Source of the DNA: Atribacterota bacterium
GTDB taxonomy: Bacteria > Atribacterota > Phoenicimicrobiia > Phoenicimicrobiales > Phoenicimicrobiaceae
Reading direction: 5' to 3'
Length of the DNA stretch: 35,813 nucleotides
Assembly (NCBI GenBank): GCA_030666935.1
Contig: DAOUWX010000002.1
Coordinates: 1 to 35,813 of the forward strand
In this document: piece by piece, positions 17,811 to 25,727 of the stretch
How positions within the stretch are numbered: the first letter of the stretch is position 1
How the letters are laid out: every line of letters starts with the position of its first letter
Program-made: the position numbers and the translations under genes
The notes under the pieces: generated by a model
Seen by the model: only the letters and a program-made list of their open reading frames with translations
The model's database searches: none
What the model was told of the DNA's origin: nothing

Positions 17811-18819
17811 ATGACTATTAAAATAGTTGATACTACACTAAGGGATGGTAGTAATGCAATTAATTTTCAATTTGGGAGAAAATTGACTCAAAATATTCTA
17901 GTTGGATTGGAGCAAGTAGGGATTGAATGGATAGAGATAGGCCACGGTTTGGGTTTAGGTGCTAGCAAGAAGTGTGGGAAACCAGCACTTCTATCTGATT
18001 AGGAATATATCGATTTAACAAAAGTTTGCTTAAAAAAGGCAAATTTCGGATTTATTTTTTTACCAAAATTTGGGGGAGAAAAAAGACATAAAGCTTATAT
18101 CGAAAAAAGGTGTAAATTTTATACGAATTGGCTTAAATATAACTGAGGTTGACCAAATTGAAGAATATATAAAATATGCCAAAAATCAAGGTTTATTAAT
18201 TTTTATAGCTTTAATGAAAGCAGATGCTATTAATAATAAAGCAAAAGAATACGTAAGAATATTGCAAAAACTAGGTGAGTGGGGAGTAGACCTCATAACT
18301 TTAATGGATTCTGTAGGAAGAATGTTACCCGAAGATGTTAAAAAATAAATTAATTTGGGGAAAACAAATATAGAAACATCATTAGGTTTTTACTCTCATA
18401 ATAATTTACAGTTAGCAGTTACAAATGTTATTTCTGCAATAGAATCTGGTGCAGATGCAATATATGTTTCGGTGGGAGGCTTAGGGAGAAGCGCAGGTAA
18501 TGCACCAACAGAAATTTTAGTAATTTTTTTAGAAAAATACGGATGGGGTAAATTATTAGACTATAAAATTTTATCGGATCTAAGTGATAAATATATTTTT
18601 CCCCTAATTAAAGAAGAAAATCGGTTTTCATCAAAAACATTAACCTTTGGTTTTGCTGGATTTCATTCGAGTTTCTTTCTGTTAATTCAGAAGGGTTGCA
18701 AAAAGCATCCCTCTATAGATTATAGAGATGTAGTATTGGCAGTAAATGCGAAGGAAAAAATTAATGTAACTGAGGGACTAGTTAATGAAGTGATTGGTGA
18801 AATTTTACAAAGCAAATAA
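17811..18819 (+). pseudogene. 4-hydroxy-2-oxovalerate aldolase-like (DmpG / HMGL-like TIM barrel) gene disrupted by two in-frame stops and one frameshift
   Basis: 'IVDTTLRDGSNAINFQF', 'IEIGHGLGLG', 'LMDSVGRMLPEDV', 'GFYSHNNLQLAVTNVISAIESGADAIYVSVGGLGRSAGNAPTEILV' and 'GFAGFHSSFF' follow DmpG order but are spread over three ORFs. There is a TAG at 18001-18003, a frame change within the TTTGGGGGAGAAAAAAG run (18069-18085) and a TAA at 18349-18351. Confidence 0.8.
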
Positions 18820-18870
18820 AGTAAAACAAAAAAGTTCATTTAAATTTGGTTTATAGGGAGGAATATAATA

Positions 18871-20901
18871 GTGTCCATTATAGATTCCAAAACAGGAAAA
18901 ATCAAAAAAGACTATACCCTTGAACAATTAATAGAAAAAGCTCGAGAGATGAGGGCTTACAATATAATAGCCATTACCGCCGCCGGCTCCGGCCACACCG
19001 GAGGTACCCTCTCCATTATGGATATCACTGCTGCCTTGTATTTGAAATATATAAAACATGATCCAGACAACCCCACTTGGGAGGACCGGGACAGAGTCTT
19101 CTGGTCGGTTGGCCATAAGGCCCCCGCTTTATATATAGCTCTTGCTGAGGCTGGTTACTTCCCTTTGGAGGAAACCGTAAAACTAAGAAAATTATGGTCT
19201 GGTTTTGAGGGTCACCCTAACAGACTAAAACTTCCCGGATTAGAACTTTCCGCCGGCTCTTTGGGCCAGGGCTTAGGAGTCGCCATAGGCTGTGCCTTAA
19301 ACGCTAAATTAGAGAAAAAAGACTACCGGGTTTATACTATCTTAGGGGACGGAGAACTTAACGAAGGTTCTCTCTGGGAGGCAGCAATGTGTGCCTCCCA
19401 CTATAAATTAGATAACCTTATTGCTATTGTAGATAGAAATAGATTGCAAATTGATGGACCTACAGAAGAGGTAATGTGCTTAGAGCCTCTCCTTGCCAAG
19501 TGGCAGGCCTTTGGCTGGCATACCCTGGAGATTGATGGACACGATATGTCCCAGATACTCTCCGCCTTGGATGAGGCGGAAAAGATCAAGGATAAACCCA
19601 CGGTAATCATCGCCCATACGGTTAAAGGCAAGGGAGTATCCTATGCGGAAAACATAGTAGACTATCATGGTATCGCTCCTAAAGACGGAAGGTCTGGAAA
19701 AGAATCTTTAGATCAGGCTCTGCAGGATATCAAAGATCCTCAGTTTACCAAGGAAAAGGTAGACCATCTTTTAAAGATAGCTTCCGATTATCAAAGCAAA
19801 GTAGATAAAAAGGTAGAAGATTCCCTGCCTAAGTTTTCCCGTAATTACTGGTGGAACAGTTCTCCCTCTATGCAGGTCAAGATGGAACCCACCCGTAATG
19901 GTTTTGGTCAGGCCATAGAAGAATTGGGTAAAGATGAGAAAGTTATAGCCCTGGGGGTAGATATTACCTCATCCATCCGGATGGATAAGTTCTATGCTTC
20001 CCATCCGGAAAGGAAGAACAGATTCTTTGAAATAGGTATCGCTGAAGCGAATATGACTCTGGTAGCCTCCGGTCTGGCCAAAGAAGGAAAGATCCCCTTT
20101 ATCGGCCCCTACGGGGTCTTTGCCACCGGTAGGAACTGGGATCAGCTTCGTACTACCGTCTGTTACAATAACTATAATGTCAAGATAGCTGATGCCCATG
20201 CCGGTATCTCGGTAGGAGCAGATGGGGCAACTCATCAGGCCTTGGAGGATATCAGTAATCTCTATTATCTACCTAATATGCATTTAACTGTCCCTTGTGA
20301 TTCTATAGAGACTGAAAAGGCAACTCATGCCATAGCTTCTATTATAGGTCCGGCGGTAGTAAGATATGCCCGGGAGGCCACCCCAGTAATTACTACTCAG
20401 GATACTCCCTATCAGTTTGGTCTGGCTAATATAATAAGATACCGAGGAGAAAGGGAAAATTTTATGGAGGCCTTTGAAACAAAACTATCCTCTCACTATA
20501 CTTCAGAGAACGAAGATCTTACCTTGATAGCCTGTGGACCCATGGTTGCTGAGGCTATGCGGGCTGCTTATATCCTAAAAGAAGAATATAATCTTGAAAC
20601 CAGAATCTTAAACATTCATACTTTAAAGCCAATTGATAAAAAAGCTATTATAAAAGCAGTTGAAGATACCAATATGATAATTACCATAGAAGAACACCAG
20701 GTAGGTGGATTCGGAAACATTATAGCCGGAGTAATAGCTAAGAATAAAAAATATTCTACTCCTCTGCTTTTGGATATGGTTGGAGTAGAAGATAGGTTCG
20801 GTGAATCGGGAGCTCCCTGGGAATTAACTAAAGTATTTGGCTTAACTGCAGAACATGTTGCTAAGAGAGCTAAAGAATTGTATGAGAAAAAAAATAGATA
20901 G
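18871..20901 (+). CDS. tkt: Transketolase, single-chain fusion of the split-type N-terminal (TPP/PP) and C-terminal (Pyr + C) halves
   Basis: 'AAGSGHTGGTLSIMD' (split-type TktN signature) and 'GDGELNEGSLWEAA' TPP motif, then a ~60-70 aa linker, then 'TRNGFGQAI..LG', 'FEIGIAEANM' and 'EEHQVGGFG'. GTG start with an AGGGAGG RBS. Visibly more GC-rich than neighbouring genes. Confidence 0.88.
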   Translation: MSIIDSKTGKIKKDYTLEQLIEKAREMRAYNIIAITAAGSGHTGGTLSIMDITAALYLKYIKHDPDNPTWEDRDRVFWSVGHKAPALYIALAEAGYFPLEETVKLRKLWSGFEGHPNRLKLPGLELSAGSLGQGLGVAIGCALNAKLEKKDYRVYTILGDGELNEGSLWEAAMCASHYKLDNLIAIVDRNRLQIDGPTEEVMCLEPLLAKWQAFGWHTLEIDGHDMSQILSALDEAEKIKDKPTVIIAHTVKGKGVSYAENIVDYHGIAPKDGRSGKESLDQALQDIKDPQFTKEKVDHLLKIASDYQSKVDKKVEDSLPKFSRNYWWNSSPSMQVKMEPTRNGFGQAIEELGKDEKVIALGVDITSSIRMDKFYASHPERKNRFFEIGIAEANMTLVASGLAKEGKIPFIGPYGVFATGRNWDQLRTTVCYNNYNVKIADAHAGISVGADGATHQALEDISNLYYLPNMHLTVPCDSIETEKATHAIASIIGPAVVRYAREATPVITTQDTPYQFGLANIIRYRGERENFMEAFETKLSSHYTSENEDLTLIACGPMVAEAMRAAYILKEEYNLETRILNIHTLKPIDKKAIIKAVEDTNMIITIEEHQVGGFGNIIAGVIAKNKKYSTPLLLDMVGVEDRFGESGAPWELTKVFGLTAEHVAKRAKELYEKKNR

Positions 20902-20920
20902 ATAGAACTATACAAGAGCA

Positions 20921-20957
20921 AGGTCAAATTCATACAACATCCTTCGAGAACTAACCA
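20921..20957. repeat. Decayed copy of the hairpin repeat (AGGTCAAATTCATACAACATCCTTCGAGAACTAACC)
   Basis: Aligns with GGGGTCGGATTCATCCGACCCCTTCAAGAACTAACTT at 2951-2987. The stem is no longer complementary. Lies 20 nt after the tkt stop. Confidence 0.55.
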
Positions 20958-21046
20958 CTCATCTTTACTTTTATCTTCGTATTATATTACTTCTAATCAT
21001 TTCTAAAAAATATTTAAAATTTATTAAACAATAAAGGAATATTTAA

Positions 21047-21811
21047 ATGTTTAAAAATGCTATCGTAAGAAGGCCAGGTCATTCATTGGTAAATGGCATA
21101 ACATCAGCTCCTGAATTGGGAAAACCGGATTATGGATTAGCTATAAAACAACATGATGCCTACATTGCTGCTTTAAAATCTTGCGGAGTTGAAGTAACTG
21201 TATTGGAGACAGATGAAAGATTTCCTGATTCTTGTTTTGTCGAAGATGTAGCTGTTTGTACAAAAAAATTTGCAATGATTGCAAAACCGGGAGCGTCCTC
21301 AAGGAGAGGGGAAGAAAAAGAAATAATAGAAGTGATTAAAAAATTTTATAATAACCTTGAATATATAAAAGAACCCGGAACCCTTGAAGGTGGAGATGTA
21401 ATGATGGTAGGGGACCATTTTTATATCGGGCTTTCAAAGAGGACAAACAGAGAAGGAGCTGAACAATTGATAGAAGTTTTGGAAAAATATGGAATGTCCG
21501 GTTCGATTGTAGAAATTTCAGAGATGCTTCACCTGAAAAGCGGTTTGGCATATTTAGAGGATGATGTTCTTCTTGTTACAGGTGAATTTATAAATATTTT
21601 AGAATTTAAAAAGTTTAATAAAATAATGATTGATGAAGAAGAAATATACTCAGCTAATTGTATTAGGGTAAATGATTACGTGTTAGTCCCGGCAGGTTAT
21701 CCTAAAACCAAAGAGAAAATCAAAGCCGCTGGTTTTAAAGTGATTGTAGTGGACACATCTGAATATAGAAAGGTTAATGGGGGTCTTAGTTGCCTATCCT
21801 TGAGATTTTAA
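21047..21811 (+). CDS. Amidinotransferase-superfamily hydrolase, dimethylarginine dimethylaminohydrolase (DDAH)-like
   Basis: 254 aa. 'AIVRRPG.SLVNGIT', 'FPDSCFVEDVAV', 'LEGGDVMMVGDHFYIGLSKRTN' and the C-terminal catalytic-Cys context 'GGLSCLSLRF*'. Confidence 0.78.
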   Translation: MFKNAIVRRPGHSLVNGITSAPELGKPDYGLAIKQHDAYIAALKSCGVEVTVLETDERFPDSCFVEDVAVCTKKFAMIAKPGASSRRGEEKEIIEVIKKFYNNLEYIKEPGTLEGGDVMMVGDHFYIGLSKRTNREGAEQLIEVLEKYGMSGSIVEISEMLHLKSGLAYLEDDVLLVTGEFINILEFKKFNKIMIDEEEIYSANCIRVNDYVLVPAGYPKTKEKIKAAGFKVIVVDTSEYRKVNGGLSCLSLRF

Positions 21812-21912
21812 AATAAATGTCTAAATAGTGCGTAAATACTATAGGATTTGTTAAAAAATATACGAAAATATCTTTAAAAGGATACTTCTCATTGTTTATT
21901 TGTTGTAAAAAT

Positions 21913-21950
21913 GAGGTCGAATTCATCCGACTCCTCCTGCGAGAATCATC
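21913..21950. repeat. Diverged copy of the hairpin repeat (GAGGTCGAATTCATCCGACTCCTCCTGCGAGAATCATC)
   Basis: Same loop TTCA and flanks as 2951-2972, with three stem mismatches. Lies 100 nt after the DDAH-like stop. Confidence 0.55.
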
Positions 21951-21995
21951 TGTCTATCTCCAGTTTTATCCGCATAATTTATACCATTTCAAAAA

Positions 21996-22053
21996 AAATT
22001 AAAAAAATATTTAAAAAAAAGAAGGATTTTTGAAAGTTATGTCGTATATAAAA
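21996..22053 (+). promoter_or_regulatory. Promoter-like box, copy 2 (core AAGAAGGATTTTT at 22019-22031), ~100 nt upstream of the OTC relic / aminotransferase
   Basis: AAAATTAAAAAAATATTTAAAAAAAAGAAGGATTTTTGAAAGTTATGTCGTATATAAAA aligns with copies 1 and 3. Confidence 0.35.
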
Positions 22054-22119
22054 ATAATTGATATAATTCTGTATCATGAATAATAATTACCATAATACGG
22101 AAAATATAAAAAGAGAATA

Positions 22120-22311
22120 ATGATACCGATTAATTTGAAGAATAGAAATCTAATTACTTGGAAGGATTTCAGCAATAATGATATTTTATACCTTAAAAAA
22201 ATAGAGGTAACAGATGAGGTATTTAGAAGTAAAGATTCGGTAGTTTTTGATGAAGCTGAAAATCGTATGTATACTATAAAAGCAGTGATGTTTGCTACTA
22301 TAGGAAATTGA
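22120..22311 (+). pseudogene. Ornithine carbamoyltransferase relic: N-terminal ~26 aa fused in frame to the C-terminal ~36 aa (internal ~270-codon deletion)
   Basis: '[23 protein letters not shown]' matches the OTC N-terminus pattern (..R.FL.L.DF...E...LL). '[36 protein letters not shown]' matches the E. coli ArgI C-terminus '[36 protein letters not shown]'. The carbamoyl-phosphate (STRTR) and ornithine (HCLP) motifs are absent. Confidence 0.8.
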
Positions 22312-22345
22312 AAAATAATTTAAAAATTAAAGGAGATACAACCAT

Positions 22346-23647
22346 ATGACCAAATTTATTTCAATTAAAACTACTTTGCCGGGCCCAAAATCCCAAGAAA
22401 TAGCTAAAAGAAGAGAAAAATATATTGCCAAACCCATGGGCAGTTCCCTCTCTCCCTGTTATATCGCCCATGGTGAGGGAGCGTTGGTTACCGATGTAGA
22501 CGGTAATCGGTTTATCGACCTTACCGGAGGATGGGGATGTCTGGCAGTAGGGCATACCCATAAGAAAGTAGTTGCTGCAATTAAGGATCAAATTGATAAG
22601 TATTTACATACCGACTTCACCGCTGTCCCTTATGAATCTCTGGTAGAACTAGCCGAGAGACTGGTAAACTTAGCTCCTGGGAATACTCCCAAAGTAGCCG
22701 CTTTTTTCAACTCCGGAGCAGAAGCGATAGAGAATGCGGTAAAGATTGCCCGAGCTCATACTAAAAGACCGGCTATCATTGTCTTTGAAAATGCCTTCCA
22801 TGGCCGAACTCTTCTAACCATGACCATGACCCATAAGGCTATGCCCTACAAATACCGTTTCGGACCCTTTGCCCCCGAGATATATCGACTACCTTTTCCC
22901 AGTCCTTTTCATCCTATGGCTAATGAAGATTTTGAAAAAATACTGGTAAATACTGTAATCCCTGACTCTGTTGCCGCTATAGTGATTGAACCCATCCAGG
23001 GAGAAGGAGGATTTAATGTCCCCCAGAAGGGTTTTTTAGAATACTTAAGAAAGCTTACCGATAAATACGGTATGCTACTTATTACTGATGAGATTCAAAG
23101 TGGTATAGGCCGAACCGGAAAATTTTTTGCCATAGAAAATTGGGATATAGAACCGGACATTATCTGTTTGGCTAAATCTTTAGCTGCCGGTCTACCCCTT
23201 TCGGCAGTAATTGCCAAAAAAGAGATCACCGATACTCTTCCCGAAGGATGTATCGGCGGAACCTATATAGGTAACCCGGTAGCCTGCCGGGCAGCCCTGG
23301 AAGTGATAAATATTATTGAAGAAGAAAATCTCTTAGACAGAGCTCTAAAGATTGGAGAAAGATTAAAAGAACGTTTTCTTCAGATGAAAGGCAGCTATTC
23401 CCTAATAGGAGAGATTCGGGGTATAGGAGCGATGAGAGCTATAGAATTAGTAAAAGACCAGAAGACCAAAGAACCGGCTACCCAGGAAACAGCCCAGATT
23501 GTTCAGGAATGCATAAAGAACGGAGTATTTATTGCCACTGCCGGAATCAATAAAAACCTTCTTAGGATGTTAGTCTCTTTGGAGATTACCAATGAGCAGT
23601 TAGATGAGGCTTTAGATGTATTGGAGAAGGCAATAGCTAAAGTTTAA
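22346..23647 (+). CDS. Class III PLP-dependent aminotransferase (4-aminobutyrate / ornithine / omega-amino acid transaminase-like)
   Basis: 'FNSGAEAIENAVKIAR', 'FHGRT', 'ITDEIQSGIGRTGKFFA' and 'LAKSLAAGLPLS' (PLP-Lys); 433 aa. Confidence 0.88.
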   Translation: MTKFISIKTTLPGPKSQEIAKRREKYIAKPMGSSLSPCYIAHGEGALVTDVDGNRFIDLTGGWGCLAVGHTHKKVVAAIKDQIDKYLHTDFTAVPYESLVELAERLVNLAPGNTPKVAAFFNSGAEAIENAVKIARAHTKRPAIIVFENAFHGRTLLTMTMTHKAMPYKYRFGPFAPEIYRLPFPSPFHPMANEDFEKILVNTVIPDSVAAIVIEPIQGEGGFNVPQKGFLEYLRKLTDKYGMLLITDEIQSGIGRTGKFFAIENWDIEPDIICLAKSLAAGLPLSAVIAKKEITDTLPEGCIGGTYIGNPVACRAALEVINIIEEENLLDRALKIGERLKERFLQMKGSYSLIGEIRGIGAMRAIELVKDQKTKEPATQETAQIVQECIKNGVFIATAGINKNLLRMLVSLEITNEQLDEALDVLEKAIAKV

Positions 23648-23793
23648 TAAAAAAATAAATAAAAAAAGAGGTGTTTTGAAAAATGTGTCGAAATTAGTAC
23701 ATATTTATATGAAAGGAGGAAATTATTTTAAGTAAAAATAAAGTAATAAGAATATTTTTTCATTTCTAAAACAAAAAGGAGGTTTACGAAAAA

Positions 23794-24807
23794 ATGTTGA
23801 AAGAAAGTAAAGGGAGAAAAATATTATCTCTCTCAAAAGTCTCAGTACTAATCATTGCTATTATTTTAGTATTGAGTGTAATTGGATCTGTACAGGCAAA
23901 AGAGTTAGTTTTTAAATTAGGTCAGGTATTACCTGCAGAACATAGTTGGGGTATTTGTAGCTCGGGATTTGCTGAAGAAGTTACCAAAAAAACTGAAGGA
24001 CGAGTTACTATCGAAGTTTACCATAATGCTCAATTGGGCAATGAAAAGGACATGGTTGAAGGTTTGCAATTGGGTACTTTACAAATGGGATTGATAGGGG
24101 GCGGTTCTTTCCAGGACTTAGAACCCAAAATGGGTATCGCTAATCTACCTTATGCATGGGAGGATCATTTTCATGCTTATCGAGCTTTTGATGGAGAGCT
24201 TGGCGATAAATTATTAGGTCTTCTTGCTGAAAAAGGTATAGTTGGATTATCCTGGTGGGAAAATGGTTTCCGAAACATTACTAACAATAAGAGATCTATT
24301 AACACACCAGAGGACTTGAAAGGATTAAAATTAAGAGTAACTCCTATTAAAATGCGTTTAGACACTTTTAATGCACTAGAAGCTCTTCCTGTGCCTATGC
24401 CTTTTTCTGAACTTTATTCTGCACTCCAACAAGGTGTAGTAGATGGTCAGGAAAATCCTTTGGCAATTATTTATAGTAACCATTTTTATGAAGTACAGAA
24501 ATATTTATCCATGACCGGTCATATCTGGGGAACTGCCATCCTGGTTATTTCTGAGAAAGATTGGAATAAAGTTTCTCCGGAGGATAAGGTAATTATTGAA
24601 GAAACTGCAAAAAAATGGGCTGATGAACAAAGAAAAATGATTAGAGACGCGGAGGATGATTTAAAATCAAAGCTTGCAGAAAAAGGGATGATTATTAATG
24701 AAGTAGACAAAGCTCCATTTATTGCAAAAGTCCAACCAGTATGGGTAGAATATGAAGAAACCTTTGGAAAAGACTTCATTGAGTTAATAGATAAATACAG
24801 GAAATAA
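23794..24807 (+). CDS. dctP: TRAP transporter substrate-binding protein (DctP family), system 2
   Basis: Signal peptide, 'ENGFRNITNNKRSINTPEDLKGLKLRV' and 'DGQENP'. A paralogue of 6040-7056. Confidence 0.9.
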   Translation: MLKESKGRKILSLSKVSVLIIAIILVLSVIGSVQAKELVFKLGQVLPAEHSWGICSSGFAEEVTKKTEGRVTIEVYHNAQLGNEKDMVEGLQLGTLQMGLIGGGSFQDLEPKMGIANLPYAWEDHFHAYRAFDGELGDKLLGLLAEKGIVGLSWWENGFRNITNNKRSINTPEDLKGLKLRVTPIKMRLDTFNALEALPVPMPFSELYSALQQGVVDGQENPLAIIYSNHFYEVQKYLSMTGHIWGTAILVISEKDWNKVSPEDKVIIEETAKKWADEQRKMIRDAEDDLKSKLAEKGMIINEVDKAPFIAKVQPVWVEYEETFGKDFIELIDKYRK

Positions 24808-24821
24808 AAGTAAAAAAACCT

Positions 24822-24865
24822 AAGGGTACCTATAATTCTCCTTTTGGTGAATTGTAGGTACCCTT
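24822..24865 (+). terminator. Strong 16-bp stem-loop (AAGGGTACCTATAATT / AATTGTAGGTACCCTT, 12-nt loop) directly after dctP-2; intra-operon attenuator or mRNA stabiliser
   Basis: Read from the sequence: one G-U pair, otherwise perfect. Starts 15 nt after the dctP stop and is followed by a moderately T-rich stretch. Confidence 0.6.
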
Positions 24866-24944
24866 GTTTAATATTTTGTAGCGCAAAAATATATTTTTTA
24901 ATTACACCTCTTTACTAATTTATAACCTAATAGGTGAGAAAAAA

Positions 24945-25715
24945 TTGAACAATCAAGAAATATTAATAAGAGATTTATCAAAGATTATTTCCGAAAAAAT
25001 ATATGATTTTAAAAGGAAAACGATTTTTTCTCCTTTAGTTACCGGTAATAATAATTTAATGTTTGCTTTAGTAGAAGGGCAATATCTAGCGAAAAGTCAG
25101 AATCATATCCATCCAGGAGATGAACAAACCTTAACTTTGTCTGGAAAAGCTGAGATTACTATTAATAATGAAAAATATACCATATTACCTCAGACTGCAA
25201 TTCGGGTTCCCCCCGGGCAAGTTCACCCTCTAGTCGTAACCAGTAAAGAGACATGGATTGCTCTTGCTGCTTATTGTGATAATTGTTCGTTATTAAAGGA
25301 AAAGAATAAAAAGATTATTAAAAATGGTAAATCCAATATAATAAAAAATACTTCCAGAGTCAAATTTCAAAATAAAAATAATTTAAAGATAAAAAATATA
25401 TTTTCACCTTATATAACGGACGTAGGATATCTTAATCTTTCTATAATAAATGGTCACTACGTTAATAATGGCGATAGTCAGAAATATTGTAATTTTGGCG
25501 AAAATATATTCCTAACTCTAAGCGGTGCAGTTGAAGTAGAAACTAAAACAAAAAAATTTCTGTTATCTCCTGAGAGAGCTATTCTAATTAGCTCAGAACA
25601 AGATATTTCATTGAGGGTCATTAGCAAGGAACCATGGGTCGGGATAAATATTTCTTGTAAAAATTGTCCTCTTTTACAAATAAAGACGAATAGGAAAAAT
25701 AAATTAAGTTATTAA
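24945..25715 (+). CDS. Bicupin protein of unknown function (two tandem cupin barrels, each followed by a C-x-N-C-x-L-L motif)
   Basis: Domain 1 carries canonical cupin motifs 'HIHPGDEQTLTLSG' (HxH-x3-E-x6-G) and 'PPGQVH' (PxGxxH). Domain 2 ('NFGENIFLTLSGAVEV') has lost the metal ligands. 'CDNCSLL' and 'CKNCPLL' close the two domains. TTG start after AGGTGAG. The stop lies 12 nt before dctQ-2. Confidence 0.65.
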   Translation: MNNQEILIRDLSKIISEKIYDFKRKTIFSPLVTGNNNLMFALVEGQYLAKSQNHIHPGDEQTLTLSGKAEITINNEKYTILPQTAIRVPPGQVHPLVVTSKETWIALAAYCDNCSLLKEKNKKIIKNGKSNIIKNTSRVKFQNKNNLKIKNIFSPYITDVGYLNLSIINGHYVNNGDSQKYCNFGENIFLTLSGAVEVETKTKKFLLSPERAILISSEQDISLRVISKEPWVGINISCKNCPLLQIKTNRKNKLSY

Positions 25716-25727
25716 GGAAAAACAAAT

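Noticed and set aside
18001-18351. TAG/TAA codons in the DmpG-like gene as programmed recoding (pyrrolysine, readthrough) or an alternative genetic code.
   Set aside because: All other genes in the window terminate normally at TAA/TAG/TGA and have no internal stops. This gene also carries a frameshift, so pseudogenisation is the simpler explanation.
13539-20901. The AOR + Fe-ADH + transketolase module as a sulfo-transketolase-type sulfoglycolysis cluster, with sulfoacetaldehyde reduced or oxidised.
   Set aside because: There is no sulfoquinovosidase, sulfosugar isomerase, sulfonate exporter or related transporter in the window. The idea rests only on co-location of a split-type transketolase with an aldehyde reductase.
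22120-22311. The 63-aa ORF as a genuine novel small protein.
   Set aside because: Both halves are explained by the termini of ornithine carbamoyltransferase, so it is called a deletion relic. Whether the peptide is still made is left open.
1-25715. A unifying purine/allantoin-degradation reading, based on the cyclic amidohydrolase as allantoinase, the Ldh2 enzyme as ureidoglycolate dehydrogenase (AllD), the 256-aa bicupin as ureidoglycine aminohydrolase and the OTC-like relic as oxamate transcarbamylase.
   Set aside because: The genes sit in four separate modules with other partners. The OTC relic matches true OTC termini. The bicupin has its metal site in the N-terminal barrel, whereas as I recall UGlyAH uses the C-terminal one. 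Allantoate amidohydrolase and carbamate kinase are absent.
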